Assembly: GCA_951406725.2 (NCBI GenBank)
Contig: OX597831.1
Coordinates: 72,230,001 to 72,294,000, forward strand
Direction: 5' to 3'
Length of the DNA: 64,000 nucleotides
Source of the DNA: Octopus vulgaris
Taxonomy: Eukaryota
Below, one piece after another: positions 12,631 through 25,599 of this stretch. A model generated the notes under the pieces. It was not told the DNA's origin, searched no databases, and saw only the letters and a list, made by a program, of their open reading frames with translations. Both the position numbers and the translations under genes were made by a program. Numbering within the stretch: the first letter of the stretch is position 1; each line of letters begins with the position of its first letter.

Positions 12631-12993
12631 ATAGGAGTGGCTGTGTGGTAAGTAGCTTGCTTACCAACCACATGGTTCTGGGTTCAGTCCCACTGCATGG
12701 CACCATGGACAAGTGTCTTTTACTATAGCCTCGGGCTGACCAAAGCCTTGTGAGTGGATTTGGTACACAGAAACTGAAAGAAGCCTGTCGTATATATGTA
12801 TATATGTGTGTATATGTTTGTCCCTCCAACATCGCTTGACAACCGATAGTGGTGTGTTTACGTCCCCGTAACTTAGCGGTTCAGCAAAAGAGACCGATAG
12901 AATAAGTACTAGGCTTACAAAGAATAAGTCCTGGGGTCGTTTTGTTCGACTAAAGGCGGTGCTCCAGCATGGCCAGAAACAAGTAAAAGAGTA
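12631..12993 (+). mobile_element. SINE family A
   Basis: Match to family A. Confidence 0.88.
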
Positions 12994-13178
12994 ATTACAT
13001 CATCAATATTCCAAAGTTACAAGACAATGCAGGATTAAGCCATTAGCATTCAGATTATCCTTTCAAATATAATACTTATTTATTCACAATGTTTTGAATT
13101 AATCATGTAGTATCTCATAGCTTTGAGAGTCCAATGATGCGATCGTTGATTCTAAGGAGGATACTTCATATCAATGGG

Positions 13179-13574
13179 TACTCTTTTACTTGTTTCAGTC
13201 ATTTGACTGCGGCCATGCTGGAGCACCGCCTTTAATCGAGCAACTCGACCCCAGGACTTATTCTTTTGTAAGCCCAGTACTTATTCTATCGGTCTCTTTT
13301 GCCGAACTGCTAAGTGATGGGGACATAAACACACCAGCATCAGTTGTCAAGCAATGCTAGGGGGACAAACACAGACATACAAACACACACATGCATATAT
13401 ATATATATACGACGGGATTCTTTCAGTTTCCATCTACCAAATCCACTCACAAGGCATTGGTCGGCACGGGGCTATGGCAGAAGACACTTGCCCAAGGTGC
13501 CACGCAGTGGGACTGAACCCGGAACCATGTGGTTGGTAAACAAGCTACTTACCACACAGCCACTCCAGTGCCTA
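13179..13574 (-). mobile_element. SINE family A
   Basis: Match to family A; interrupts a locally duplicated segment. Confidence 0.9.
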
Positions 13575-14157
13575 TGTAGCTAATATTTCTCTGACTATAT
13601 TTTTAATTAATGAGTAGACTGCATACAGGTTTCAGTAAATTTTCAATATAATCAAGGCTTTACAGTAACATATTTGTTGTGGACATTGTTGTTATTGTGA
13701 GTTGTTGTTGACTGTAGTGTTGACCGATTAAAATCTCATTATCATTCATATTAAAATTAGAATGACATTGCCAACCAGATGTGAGGGGTCTGATCTAGCT
13801 GGTTTGAGCACAAAACAAGTCAAATATTTAGGCCAAATATAACTGGTTTAAACATCAAAGGAATAATTTAAAACAATATGAGTCAAAATGATTAAAAAGG
13901 TTGCAAGACGCAACGAAAATTTTAAGAAAAAAAAATAAGAAAAAAGTGGAAATTTAACTGGTGAGTGTGTTACATAATAAGGCACAAAAAGGAAAATGAC
14001 TCTCCCCAGACACAACAGAATATGCTTCAACACACGAACTCATATAAAGAACCTTGCAAACCAAATCCAAAAACGAAATATGAATGAACACTGCGTTTGA
14101 CAGTCATCAGAAGGTTAATGGATTAAATAAGTATATTATGTGCAAATATAATATAGA

Positions 14158-14324
14158 TAGGCGCAGGAGTGGCTGTGTGGTAAGTAGCTTGTTTACCAAC
14201 CACATGGTTCCGGGTTCAGTCCCACTGTGTGGCACCTTGGGCAAGTGTCTTCTACTATAGCCTCGGGCCGACCAAAGCCTTGTGAGTGGATTTGGTAGAT
14301 GGAAACTGAAAGAAGCCCGTCGTA

Positions 14325-14358
<34 letters not shown>

Positions 14359-14594
14359 TATGTGTATGTGTTTGTGTGTCTGTGTTTGTCCCCCTAGCAT
14401 TGCTTGACAACCGATGCTGGTCTGTTTATGTCCCCGTCACTTAGTGGTTCAGCAAAAGAGACCGATAGAATAAGTACTGGGCTTACAAAGAATAAGTCCC
14501 GGGGTGGAGTTGCTCGATTAAAGGCGGTGCTCCAGCATGGCCACAGTCATATGACTGAAACAAATAAAAAAGAGTAAAAAGTGTAAAAAGAGTA
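14158..14594 (+). mobile_element. SINE family A
   Basis: Match to family A. Confidence 0.9.
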
Positions 14595-14726
14595 GACTCT
14601 CTCCACTGGGAATGAAATATGGATAAGCTGATTTTTCCAGATATCACATCACTACTTTTTCAAACCACCACAGTACCTGACAAAACTCATTAAAATTATA
14701 TATATGCATCAGTGTTATCATTAATG

Positions 14727-14900
14727 TGGAGACGCAATGGCCCAGTGGTTAGGGCAGCGGACTCACAGTCGTAGGATCGCGGTTTCGATTCGCAGACCGA
14801 GCTTTGTGAGTGTTTATTGAGCGAAAACACCGAAGCGCATTGTGACCAGCGATGTGTAACAACATCTGATAGCCTGGTCGGTCACGGTGATCACAGTGAT
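14727..14900 (+). mobile_element. SINE family C, internally deleted
   Basis: tRNA-like head joined directly to tail type 1. Confidence 0.75.
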
Positions 14901-15365
14901 TATCATTAATATTTTGCTTCAATTTTGTATCTGGTTTGCAAGATTCTTAATGGGAATTCATGCATTGAAACAAATTTTCATGGGTCTAAGGAGAGTCGTT
15001 ATGCTAATGTCATTAACACAAACACTTGTTCAATTCCACTCCTTTATTATTAGTCAATTAGTTAACTATCCAACTAATTAATTGATTATTTATTTAACTT
15101 GGTTAAACAGTAAGTCATTTGTTTTGTTTTGTTTTTATCTTGTTATTCAGAGTTTTGCTTAATGCCACTGCTGTTTCCCCGACCCCTTTCCCACCATTTA
15201 GGGTCCAATTTTCCATGCTTGTATGGATTTGAAGATTCTAATGGTATTCGTTGAGGCAGACTTTCTATGACAGGATGCTCCTCCTGTCACCAACCTTTGT
15301 CTCCCAGCAACGTAATATTTCCCCAATGGCTGGACAGAAGACTGACAACAAACAACATAGCATAT

Positions 15366-15398
<33 letters not shown>

Positions 15399-15858
15399 CT
15401 CATTTATAACCACCACATGATGTTAAAATACACACACACACATATATACATGATGGGCTTCTTCTAGTTTCCATTTACCAAAATTCACACATAAGGCTTT
15501 TGATGGCCAGGTCTGTAGCAGAATACACTTTCCCAATGTACTACACAGTGAGATGAGATTGAACCTGAGACTCAATAGTTAGGAAGCAATTTTCTCAATC
15601 ACAAGCCATGCCTGTGCTTAAGAGAGAAAAAAACACTGAAACCTTTTACAGTCAGTACATTACATCTTCATGTGAGATCTGAATTTCAGCTCCATGTATG
15701 AGCGCAACAGGATTACTTGTACATTACTTTAAAAATAGAATGATGACTTCTTCAGTTTCCATTTAATTTACCAGTAACCATGCTCAAAACTTTGTTTTAA
15801 TATCTTACATAAAACATAATAAGTGTTTGGTAAAAAATAAATTATGAATGACATATGC

Positions 15859-16026
15859 ATAGGCGCAGGAGTGGCTGTGTGGTAAGTAGCTTGCTAACCA
15901 ACCACATGGTTACGGGTTCAGTCCCACTGCATGGCATCTTGGGCAAGTGTCTTCTGCTATAGCCCCGGGCCGACCAATGCCTTGTGAGTGGATTTGGTAG
16001 ACGGAAGCTGAAAGAAGCCCGTCGTA

Positions 16027-16093
<67 letters not shown>

Positions 16094-16298
16094 TTGTGTG
16101 TCTGTGTTTGTCCCCCTAGCATTTCTTGACAACCGATGCTGGTGTGTTTACGTCCCCGTCACTTAGCAGTTCGGCAAAAGAGACCGATAGAATAAGTACT
16201 GGGCTTACAAAGAATAAGTCTCGGGGTCGATTTGCTCGACTAAAAGGCGGTGCTCCAGCATGGCCGCAGTCAAATGACTGAAACAAGTAAAGAGAGTA
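15859..16298 (+). mobile_element. SINE family A
   Basis: Match to family A. Confidence 0.9.
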
Positions 16299-16741
16299 TG
16301 CATACTGCTAACTTTTAATCAAAACATGATAGCATAGATGGAGACTGATATCTTACCTTTCAGTTGGTATTATGCATAAAAGATTATTGAAAAACCATAT
16401 AAAACTACATTTGGGGTATGTGTATAAGCAAAGCTATATCAAGAAAAAGTCATCATGGTTGTTGCCTGTCATTTGATGTCTGTCTTCCATGCTGTTATGG
16501 GCTGGACAGTTTGACAAGAGCTGGCAAGCCTAAGGAATGTGCCATGCTCTTCTATCTGTCTTGACAGTTTTTACAGCTGGATGCTCTTCCTAACACCAAA
16601 AACTTTACAGAAATGTAAATGGATTTCGTGTTTAGACATAGGCTCCACCCCAAAGCCATCCCATTTTATAGATGCAAATATGAAGTTACTCCAAAATTTG
16701 CAAATCAAGAATTTCAGATAAGGGACTCACAACTGTGCTAA

Positions 16742-17375
16742 TCATCATCATCATCATCATCATCATCGTTTAACATCCGCTTTCCATGCTAGCATGGGTT
16801 GGACGGTTCAACTGGGGTCTGGGAAGCCCGAAGGCTGCACCAGGCTCCAGTCTGATCTGGCAGTGTTTCTACAGCTGGATGCCCTTCCTAACGCCAACCA
16901 CTCCGTGAGTGTAGTGGGTGCTTTTTATGTGCCACCGACACAGGTGCCAGATGAGGCCGGCAAACGGCCACGCTCGGATGGTGTTTTTTGTGCCACCGAC
17001 ACAGGTGCCAGACGAGGCTGGCGAACGGCCACGCTCGGATGGTGTCTTTTACGTGCCACCGGCACGGAGGCCAGGCGAGGCTGGCACAGCCACGATCGGA
17101 TGGTGTTTGTTACATGCCCACAGCACGGAGGCCAGTCGATGCGGTACTGGCTATGGCCACGTTCAGATGGTTTTCTTATGTGCCACCGGCACTGGTACCA
17201 CAAGGATACAAATTCCATTGATGTTCATCGATTTTGATTTGATTTGATTTTCACTTGTCTCAACAGGTCTTCACAAGTAGAGTTATGTGTCCCAAGAAGA
17301 AAGGTATGCACAGGTGGACTGACTACGTCCCAGGTAGGGGCCATGGGTTATGGCCTCACGTGTCCTGCCGGGTCT
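16742..17375 (-). mobile_element. Family D element, long copy with about 5 internal repeat units, ~60 nt from the exon 2 donor
   Basis: (CAT)n tail, conserved core, repeated TTTTACGTGCCACCG units. Confidence 0.82.
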
Positions 17376-17431
17376 AACTTCTAATATAAACAAAAATTAG
17401 TGAGGATTAACAAATGAAAAGAATACTTTAC

Positions 17432-17670
17432 CATTGATGTAAGTAACAGAGTTTTCTCCATATATTGCCTCTTCTCTTTTGTTCATTTCTGCTTCCTCTC
17501 TGGCGTCTGAGGGCCATTCAAACTGCTCTTCTTTAACAGTTCCTAACAAAACTTTGAGGAAACAATGAGATTTTGAATGGGCATGGATGCTGCTACCTTG
17601 GCTTTCATTCCAGCAGAGGATCATCAGGTTATATTTACCATTTCCTTCATCTACAAGATTTCTAGTATAT
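17432..17670 (-). CDS. CDO1: Cysteine dioxygenase type 1, coding exon 2
   Basis: Acceptor ttttctttacag|A completes the AGA Arg codon. Encodes [53 protein letters not shown]...VTYIN with the substrate-binding Arg, HxH iron ligands and crosslink Cys. Donor G|GTAAAG; 239 nt. Confidence 0.97.
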
Positions 17671-18067
17671 CTGTAAAGAAAAAGGAAAAAAAAGCTGTAT
17701 CACTGTATCAGCCAGCTCACTGGATGTTGTTAACACTGCTGGTCACAATGCACTTCTTTTGCATTGTTGTTGCTTTCGAATGATGCCATCCTGTTGTTTC
17801 GATGGGCAGAACAATGCTGCCCTTGAATGAGATGCCAGGCAATCACAGGATTGCCAGTTTTACAGATGAGTTGGCTGGAGCAACATGAAATGAAGTGCTT
17901 TGCTCAAGAACACAATGCATCACTGGACTGGGAATCAAAGCCAGGATCTTGGGATCATGAGTCCAACACCCAAACCACAAATACAGGTAACAAATTACAG
18001 ATGCAGAAACTTGGACTGAAAGTTATGGTGACGTTAAAACTTCTGACTATTAAAAGATATATATATA

Positions 18068-19570
18068 TAGGGTTGGCCAAAAGTCCTTTTGGTTTTTGGT
18101 AACACTAAACTTCAAGCACTTTACTAAGTTGCTAACTTCAGTGTGTCCCTTGTGAATATGCACTTGTTAGATACCTGATACTCCAATGTAGTTTGACATG
18201 AACTTGTGTGAAGACAGGTTGTATTTTGTGTGCTTGGGATCACCCAGGAGATGGAGAACCGAAACAAACATTATCAACAACTTATGGTTTTGTATTTCAA
18301 AAAAGGTAAGCCAAGTGGCGGAAAACTGCAGGAAGACATGCACTGTATACAAAGAGGATTACAGTTGTAGAATATGTCTACCAAAAGTGGTTTCCAAGAT
18401 TTTTATCAGGAAAATTCTTGGTTCAAGATGCACCTTGCTCTGGTCAGCTAACCAAGATTAACAGTGCAAAATAAAAGACTTAGTTGATACCAAACCACAT
18501 TATCTGACCAGGACAATCACAGATGTTCTCCAGATATCCAAACCAAATGTTGAAAATCATTTGCATCTACTTAGTTACATCAGCAGGCTTAATGTTTGGG
18601 TCCCACACCAATTGAATGCAAAAGATTTTCATCTGCAATTCGTTGCAGAAATATGAAGAAAATTATCCTTCTTTTGAAGAGAATAGGGACAAGAGACAAA
18701 AAATAGATCATCTATAACAATATGAAGTGCAAACAATCATAGGGGAAACACAACGAACCACCACAAACAACAATCAAAGCAAGATTTAATTTGAAATATA
18801 TTTCTTTACTACCCACAGGGGGCTAAACACAGAGGTGACAAACAAGGACAGACAAACGGATTAAGTCGATTACATCGACCCCAGTGCATAACTGGTACTT
18901 AATTTATCGACCCCGAAAGGATGAAAGGCAAAGTTGACCTTGGCAGAATTTGAACCCAGAACGTAACGGCAGACGAAATACGGCTACGCATTTCGACCGG
19001 CGCGCTAACATTTCTGCCAGCTCGCCGCCTTTAATTTGAAATAGGTTATGCTTTCAATCTGGTGGGACAGAAGAATATTGTGTTTCTTCCCATGGACAGG
19101 ACTGTCCATTTGAACATGAACTGTGACCAGTGGGATAAATTAAACACAACAATTCACTAGAAGCATCAAGCATTTGCTAATCATACAGAGCATTGTCTTT
19201 AATCCTGACAATTCCAGACTGCAAACCTCTTGCAGACACAGCAAGAGTTACTAGGGCTTGGCTGGGAAGTCTTGTCACACTGTCCATATTTGTCCAACCT
19301 TGCACCTTCAGATTTCCACTTGTTTTGGTCTCTTCAAAATTCATTGAATGGACAGACCTTGATCTTTGAAAATGAAGAAAAAATTCATCTGAAAGAGTTT
19401 TTCACCGGTAAAGACAGGAAACTCTTTTGGCGGGAAATAATGAATCTGCCTACAAGATAGCAGAAGATACTAAAGAAAATGGTAAGTATATCATTGACTG
19501 AATAAATCATTCTGTGAATTTTTGTTTAAAAAAAAAATCAAAAAGCAATGGACATTTTGGCCAACCTAAT
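18068..19570 (+). mobile_element. Decayed mariner transposon (Hsmar1-like TIRs) with nested SINE B
   Basis: TIRs TAGGGTTGGCCAAAAGTCC / GGACATTTTGGCCAACCTAA; motifs VWVPHQL (~18594) and HCPYLSNLAPSDFHLF (~19280); many stops and frameshifts; about 1.26 kb after removing the SINE. Confidence 0.88.
18797..19030 (-). mobile_element. SINE family B nested in mariner
   Basis: Flanked by TSD TTTAATTTGAAATA. Confidence 0.9.
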
Positions 19571-19650
19571 TAAAACAAAATCTCCAACAATTGTAAATAT
19601 TTATAGATACCAAGGGAGTCTAATATATATAGATGTACCATTTTAATACT

Positions 19651-19882
19651 TATTTCTTTACTACCCACAAGGGGCTAAACACAGAGGGGAGAAATAAGGA
19701 CAGACAAACGGATTAAGTCAATTACATCGACCCCAGTGCGTAACTGGAACTTAATTTATCAACCCCGAAAGAATGAAAGGCAAAGTCGACCTCGACGGAA
19801 TTTGAACTCAGAACATAATGGCAGACGAAATATGGCTACGCATTTCGCCCGGTGTGCTAACGTTTCTGCCAGCTCGCCGCCT
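19651..19882 (-). mobile_element. SINE family B
   Basis: Match to family B; TSD TTTTAATAC. Confidence 0.88.
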
Positions 19883-20480
19883 TTTAATACCATTTTAAAA
19901 CTGTTAACTTCATTGGTTGGGTTAATGCTTGATTGTAGAATGATTTCTGTCTTCTAAGGAGGATACCTCGTATCAATGGGTAGCAAATACTTCTCTGACT
20001 ATATTTCTAATTAATGAGTAGACTGCCTACAGGTTTCAGTAAATTTTCAATATAATCAAGGCTTTACAGTAACATATTTGTTGTGGACATTGTTGTTGTT
20101 GTTGATTGTAGTGTTGACCAATTAAAATCTCATTATTATTCATATATAAATGTAATTTTCACTGAGACAGTAATTTAAATATGATCACTTTAAGGCAGGT
20201 GCTTGATCACATGGGGTTGATCTTGTAAGGGTTAATAAGAAGGCAGCTGCAGTAATTGATTTAATTAAAGAAACAGGCAATAGCTGTGTGGCTAAGAAGT
20301 TTGGTTTACAGTCATAGGATTCTGGATTCAATTTCACCTTCAACAAGTATCTGCTACCATAACCTCATCATCGTTTAACATTTGCCTTCCATGCTCGCAT
20401 GGGTTGGACGTCAGTATCCATTATTTAATCTCAGGCTTCTGAGTGAAACTGCAGGGGCCCATTGGATTTCATATACATAT

Positions 20481-20538
<58 letters not shown>

Positions 20539-22716
20539 ATGTGTGATTGATGCAAGACATGAAGATCAGAAAAAAATTGCTGATAAACAGGTGCATCAAA
20601 CAAAATAATACTTTGTAGTGTTTATTCCACCCAAGTAATACAGACAATCCCCTGGTCACTCTCACCATTAGGAAAACAGTGTATCAGAAACTGGCTCATT
20701 AGGAACCTACGACCAACACCACCTTTTGATTGACTCCCTCTATGCAGTAGATTCTAATTTGATCAGATATGATAGAAATGACCTGGGCTATGATGACACT
20801 TATAGATGTAATTTCAAGAGGTGCTGCTGAACTCTGTATCTGTATGACATCACCGATTACAAACACTATGTGGAGCATAGGTTTTGTGCATCTTGATTTA
20901 CCAAAAACGGTAAAGAGGTGATTTACGATAGTCTGTAATGAGTGTGATAGCGACAATATTGTGAGATCCAAAGTTCAAGATAAAGAACTCAGTACTGTTG
21001 TACTCTAATAAACAGCTGTTCTGTGGTGGCAGACATATAGAGTAATCTTAGATGGTTTACTGTTGGTAGTGTTGTTATCAGATTCATTATTTCAGCTTCT
21101 GGCTGTTTCAGTTTATCTAAATATCTTATATTCTTGTATTCTGTGAAGAACTGTGTCGGTCAAGCCATAGGTCCCCAATGGGCCAACCATTGATGCACTG
21201 AATTTCTAATGGGGAAAGGTGACAATTTCAAATAGTTGAATTACATAATGCTTTTGTGTGACATCAACTCATTCCTGAATGATTTGCCTAAAATCCTTCC
21301 AGCCAGGGCCATCCAGTCATTTTATTACACACACACAGAAGTGTGTGTGTATGCATTCCCAACAACATGGTTTCAAGTTTAGTTCTACTATGTAGAACTT
21401 TGGGCAAATGTCTTTTACTATTGCCCCTGGCCTACTGAGTGGATTTAGTAGGCAGAATCTGAAAGAAACAAAGTGTGTGTATGTGTGTGGGGGGGTGTAC
21501 TTATCTGTCTGTCTGTCTGTCTATTATAATGGAGACAGCTGCTTATTAATTGGGTATGTAGCAGGTACTAAAAGAAAGTAATTACTAAAGACTTGACAAT
21601 CTGGAAATTTTTTTAGAAATTCATGTTCCAAGAAATTTCCTGTAATTTCAATTTCTGAAGTTTATTGAATATTTGAACTACAAATTTTTCACAAATTTAA
21701 ATATTTGTTGCAGAGTAGATTTTAATGTTTAGTATTAATTTGTTGTACATGAAATTTTCCATTTTCATTTGCAACAATCTCTCACTTTCTCTCTCTCTTG
21801 CCTCTATTTTCATTAATGATTGTTTAATATATATTCATTTTAATATTTTCATTTCAAGTTTTGATTCGCTATTTGCAAAACTCTCATTTTATTGTATATA
21901 CGTAATGTAAAAAAATTATTTATTGAATGAATGAATGCTGTTAGACAAGATAGCTGTATAACTTTGATACGAGGCACAATTTCAAGAATAATATGTTTCC
22001 AGAGTTTGTTAAATGAATAGTTTTGATAAAATGAAAATTTTTTTCATATACTGATATAATTTTTTTTTTAAATTAAGCGATTTTGTTGGTATGGCTGTTT
22101 GGTATGCTATAAGCCTTACAATAATAACTATGTGATCGCTGCTATTTCTAGCATGCTAAACATAGTTGGGTTACCTTGAATTTTGTTTAAATTAGGGATA
22201 TAATACAACTAAGATAAATTACTAAAAGAAATATTTACTAAACAAGTTTTTTATAAATTGGTGTTTTCAGGAAAATTTACGTTCTAAACTTCTTTTCATT
22301 ATTGAATATTTCACGTTCACAAATTTAAATATTCGTTACAAGATAGTTTTTAATGAGCATTTATCACAATGTTCTCTCTTACCTTACCTTCTCTCTGTCT
22401 CTGTCTGTCTGTCTGTCTCTGTCTCTCTCTCACACACACATACACACGTGACTTATTTCCTTTCTGTCATTGTCTAAGAATTATCAAGTGAATCTGTTGC
22501 TATAGCGATTTAATACACTATAGGTATTCAAATATCTCTATGTGATCACTGCTATTTTTTTTGCCAGCCATCTTTCGGTTGTTGTCTCAGAAATGTCAAA
22601 AGGAACAGCTGGTTTTGTTCGTTAATTTCCGTAAAAATCTTCTATTTCTTTACTTTTGTTTTAAAGTGAAAGATGTATGGATGTGTGTATGTGTGTATGA
22701 AAGAGAGAGTGAAGGG

Positions 22717-22906
22717 GTGTTGTCATGTATGTGTACATACATAAATAAATATGCATACATCTCTTTTGTATGTGTGCATGTGTGTGAGAGAGAGAAGGAG
22801 TGAGTGTCATTTAGACATCACTCTCTTACTCTGTCTCACACGCATACATACATACAAAAAAGATGTATGCATATGTATTTATGTATGTATGTATACATGA
22901 CAACAC
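22717..22906. repeat. Long imperfect palindrome
   Basis: About 92-bp arms around a 5-nt loop (ATTTA, 22809-22813). Confidence 0.8.
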
Positions 22907-22916
22907 ACTCCTCTCA

Positions 22917-23080
22917 GTTTATGGGAAATAATGCTTGAATGAAAGAACTTGCAGAAGATGCTTTGAAAAGTTCAGAAGTGGAGATTTCAGCCTTGAAGAT
23001 GAAGATCGAACTGGACGTCCAGTTGAGTTTGATGATAAGCTCCTTGAGGCATTACTTGAAGAAAAATTCTGCATTATCAT
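22917..23080 (+). mobile_element. Mariner transposase HTH fragment
   Basis: VYGK*CLNERTCRRCFEKFRSGDFSLEDEDRTGRPVEFDDKLLEALLEE. Confidence 0.85.
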
Positions 23081-23095
23081 TACGGAAAGTCACTT

Positions 23096-23311
23096 CTAGG
23101 AGATGAAGAGAACGAATCTCAGGGAAGTAAATACTATCCATGGAAACCGAGGCAAGAAAGGATGTCTGAAGCGATTAATTGAGAGAAGTTTAGTTTTCGA
23201 TGGATTGAACATTACAAGCCATTTCATACTCCGCTCAACAATAGATCTAAGATAATTCTCAAGGTCAGCAGCTATCTCAACCTCATCAGACAATTTGTCA
23301 AATTTGTCCAA
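23096..23311 (-). mobile_element. LINE reverse transcriptase C-terminal fragment
   Basis: AADLENYLRSIVERSMKWLVMFNPSKTKLL resembles the L..DL..I..W...W...FNPSKTK motif of non-LTR RTs. Confidence 0.75.
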
Positions 23312-24369
23312 ACAAGTGTTCTGCCTCCTAAATGCATTGAAGGATTTGCATCTGATATGAACTCAGATCCAATGGGCTGGCAATGCAATACTGTAACCAA
23401 ACATTTACTTTATAAAACAATGTTCATGTTGACCTTTTTATGCAAAAATTAATTACAAAGCATTATTCTACACAGCAGTATAATTTGATTAAAATTTCAA
23501 AATAGTAGATGTGTCTCTTTTGTTACCATTCCAACCGAGACCAATTCTGATTATGATACAAGAATCCTGTTTCAAAGTAATCTAAATTAAAATTCTCCAT
23601 CAAAATTTATGTTCCAAACACCAGCTTCATAATATCAACTTTATAATGCCAAAGCTGTTCGCTAACTTTTTCCCATTTTGAAAATTAATGAAAAGAATGG
23701 CAACAGTTTTCAACAAAAATACTCTATCAAAAGAGACAAAACAAACAGGTTTTAAATAATACATGTTTTTCTCTTGTTCTCACTCTCTCTCCTTCTCTCT
23801 TGCTCTCTCCCCTTTTTCTATGTCTACTTCTATCATTCTCTCTCTCAGTCCTGGCGTTACCTGTTCATTGAAACACAGTAAGGTCTCTTAAAATAAAGAA
23901 CAAAGTGATTAGTCTGAGAGTTAATGTTTTATGCTTTTGATACAATAAATTGTTTACAATAAAACATATTGACACTCAGGTTTAACATACTTTGTTTTTA
24001 ATAACAATAACAATAATAACAATAATAACAATAATAATAATAATAATAATATTTTAAATTTAGTTTAAATAAGCAGTGTTATTTTGATTTCCACCACCTC
24101 TATCACCACAATAATATTAATATCTAGAGAGGAGATGTGGGGTTAGACTAAATGGAAAGAGGAGTAAAAAATGATTTGGAATGAATGATGCAATAAAGAA
24201 AATAAAATGCAAAAATCAGACACCTACATAAATTTAAATAATCATGTAGACAGAATTCCACAGAAGGAAAGGTGTGCAAGAAAAGATTCTTCAAACTGCG
24301 CCAACTAACAGAAGACCTAAAGGGCAGACCACAAACAGGATGGTATGATAATATCCATGATGGAGGAAG

Positions 24370-24603
24370 GCTGCAAGCTAGCAGAAACATTAGCACGCTG
24401 GGTGAAATGCGTAGCCCTATTTCGTCTGCCGTTACGTTCTGAGTTCAAATTCCACCGAGGTCGACTTTGCCTTTCATCCTTTCGGGGTCGATAAATTAAG
24501 TACCAGTTATGCACTGGGGTCGATATAATCGACTTAATCCGTTTGTCTGTCCTTGTTTGTACTATCTGTGTTTAGCCCCTTGTGGGTAGTAAAGAAATAG
24601 GTA
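24370..24603 (+). mobile_element. SINE family B
   Basis: Match; flanked by duplicated GGTATGATAATATCCAT. Confidence 0.85.
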
Positions 24604-25356
24604 TGATAATATCCATAGTATTAACTGGTCATGCTTAGGGGCAGAGCAGTTGATTTTAATTATGGTTGCTTCTGGCAGAACCCTATGTGGGAATTGCATG
24701 AGGACTGTACCCACAACAGCCTACTTAAGAAAAAGGGCCGGTGAAAATGGATGAATCTTTTATCTTTTATTTGTTTCAGTCATGAGACCAAATTCATGCT
24801 CGGACACTGTTTTGAAGAGTCAAATGAGTCGACCCCTGTACATTTTTCTTTAAAGCTTGAAACTTATTCTATTGGTGTCTTTTGATGAAATGTTAAGTTA
24901 CAGGATGTAAACAAACAAACAATGGATGTTAAGTTACAGGGACATAAACAAACAATGAATGTTACGGAGAAGAACAAATACAAACACACACACGCACACA
25001 CACACACACACACACACGCACACACACACGCACACACACACGCACACACACACGCACACACATGTGGTTGTATGGCAAGAAGTTTGCTTCCCAACTACAT
25101 GGTTCCAGGTTCAGTGTCACTGTGTGACACCATGAGCAAGTGTCCTCTGCCATATAGGCCCGGGTTATTGAGAAAAGGACCTAAATGGGATGCCTTTGAT
25201 CATAGGATTGTGCGACCTGGCTTGACATGGGGCAGGGCTAAACAACAACAAAACAACAACCACATCTAGCCACCATCACAATCTGTAACACCAACTGTGC
25301 CACCACCACCAACACCAACACCAACACCACAACAACAAAAGTTCAACTGCATCATT

Positions 25357-25590
25357 ACCTATTTCTTTATTACCCACAAGGGGCTAAACACAGAGGAGAC
25401 AAACAAGGACAGACAAACAGATTAAGTCGATTATATCGATTCCAGTGCGTAACTGGTACTTAATTTATCGAACCCGAAAGGATGAAAGGCAAAGTCAACC
25501 TCAGTGGAATTTGAACTCACAACGTAACGCAGACGAAATACCGCTAAGCATTTCGCCCGGCGCGCTAACGTTTCTGCCAGCTCGCCGCCT
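25357..25590 (-). mobile_element. SINE family B
   Basis: Match; TSD TCAACTGCATCATTACC. Confidence 0.88.
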
Positions 25591-25599
25591 TATCAACTG

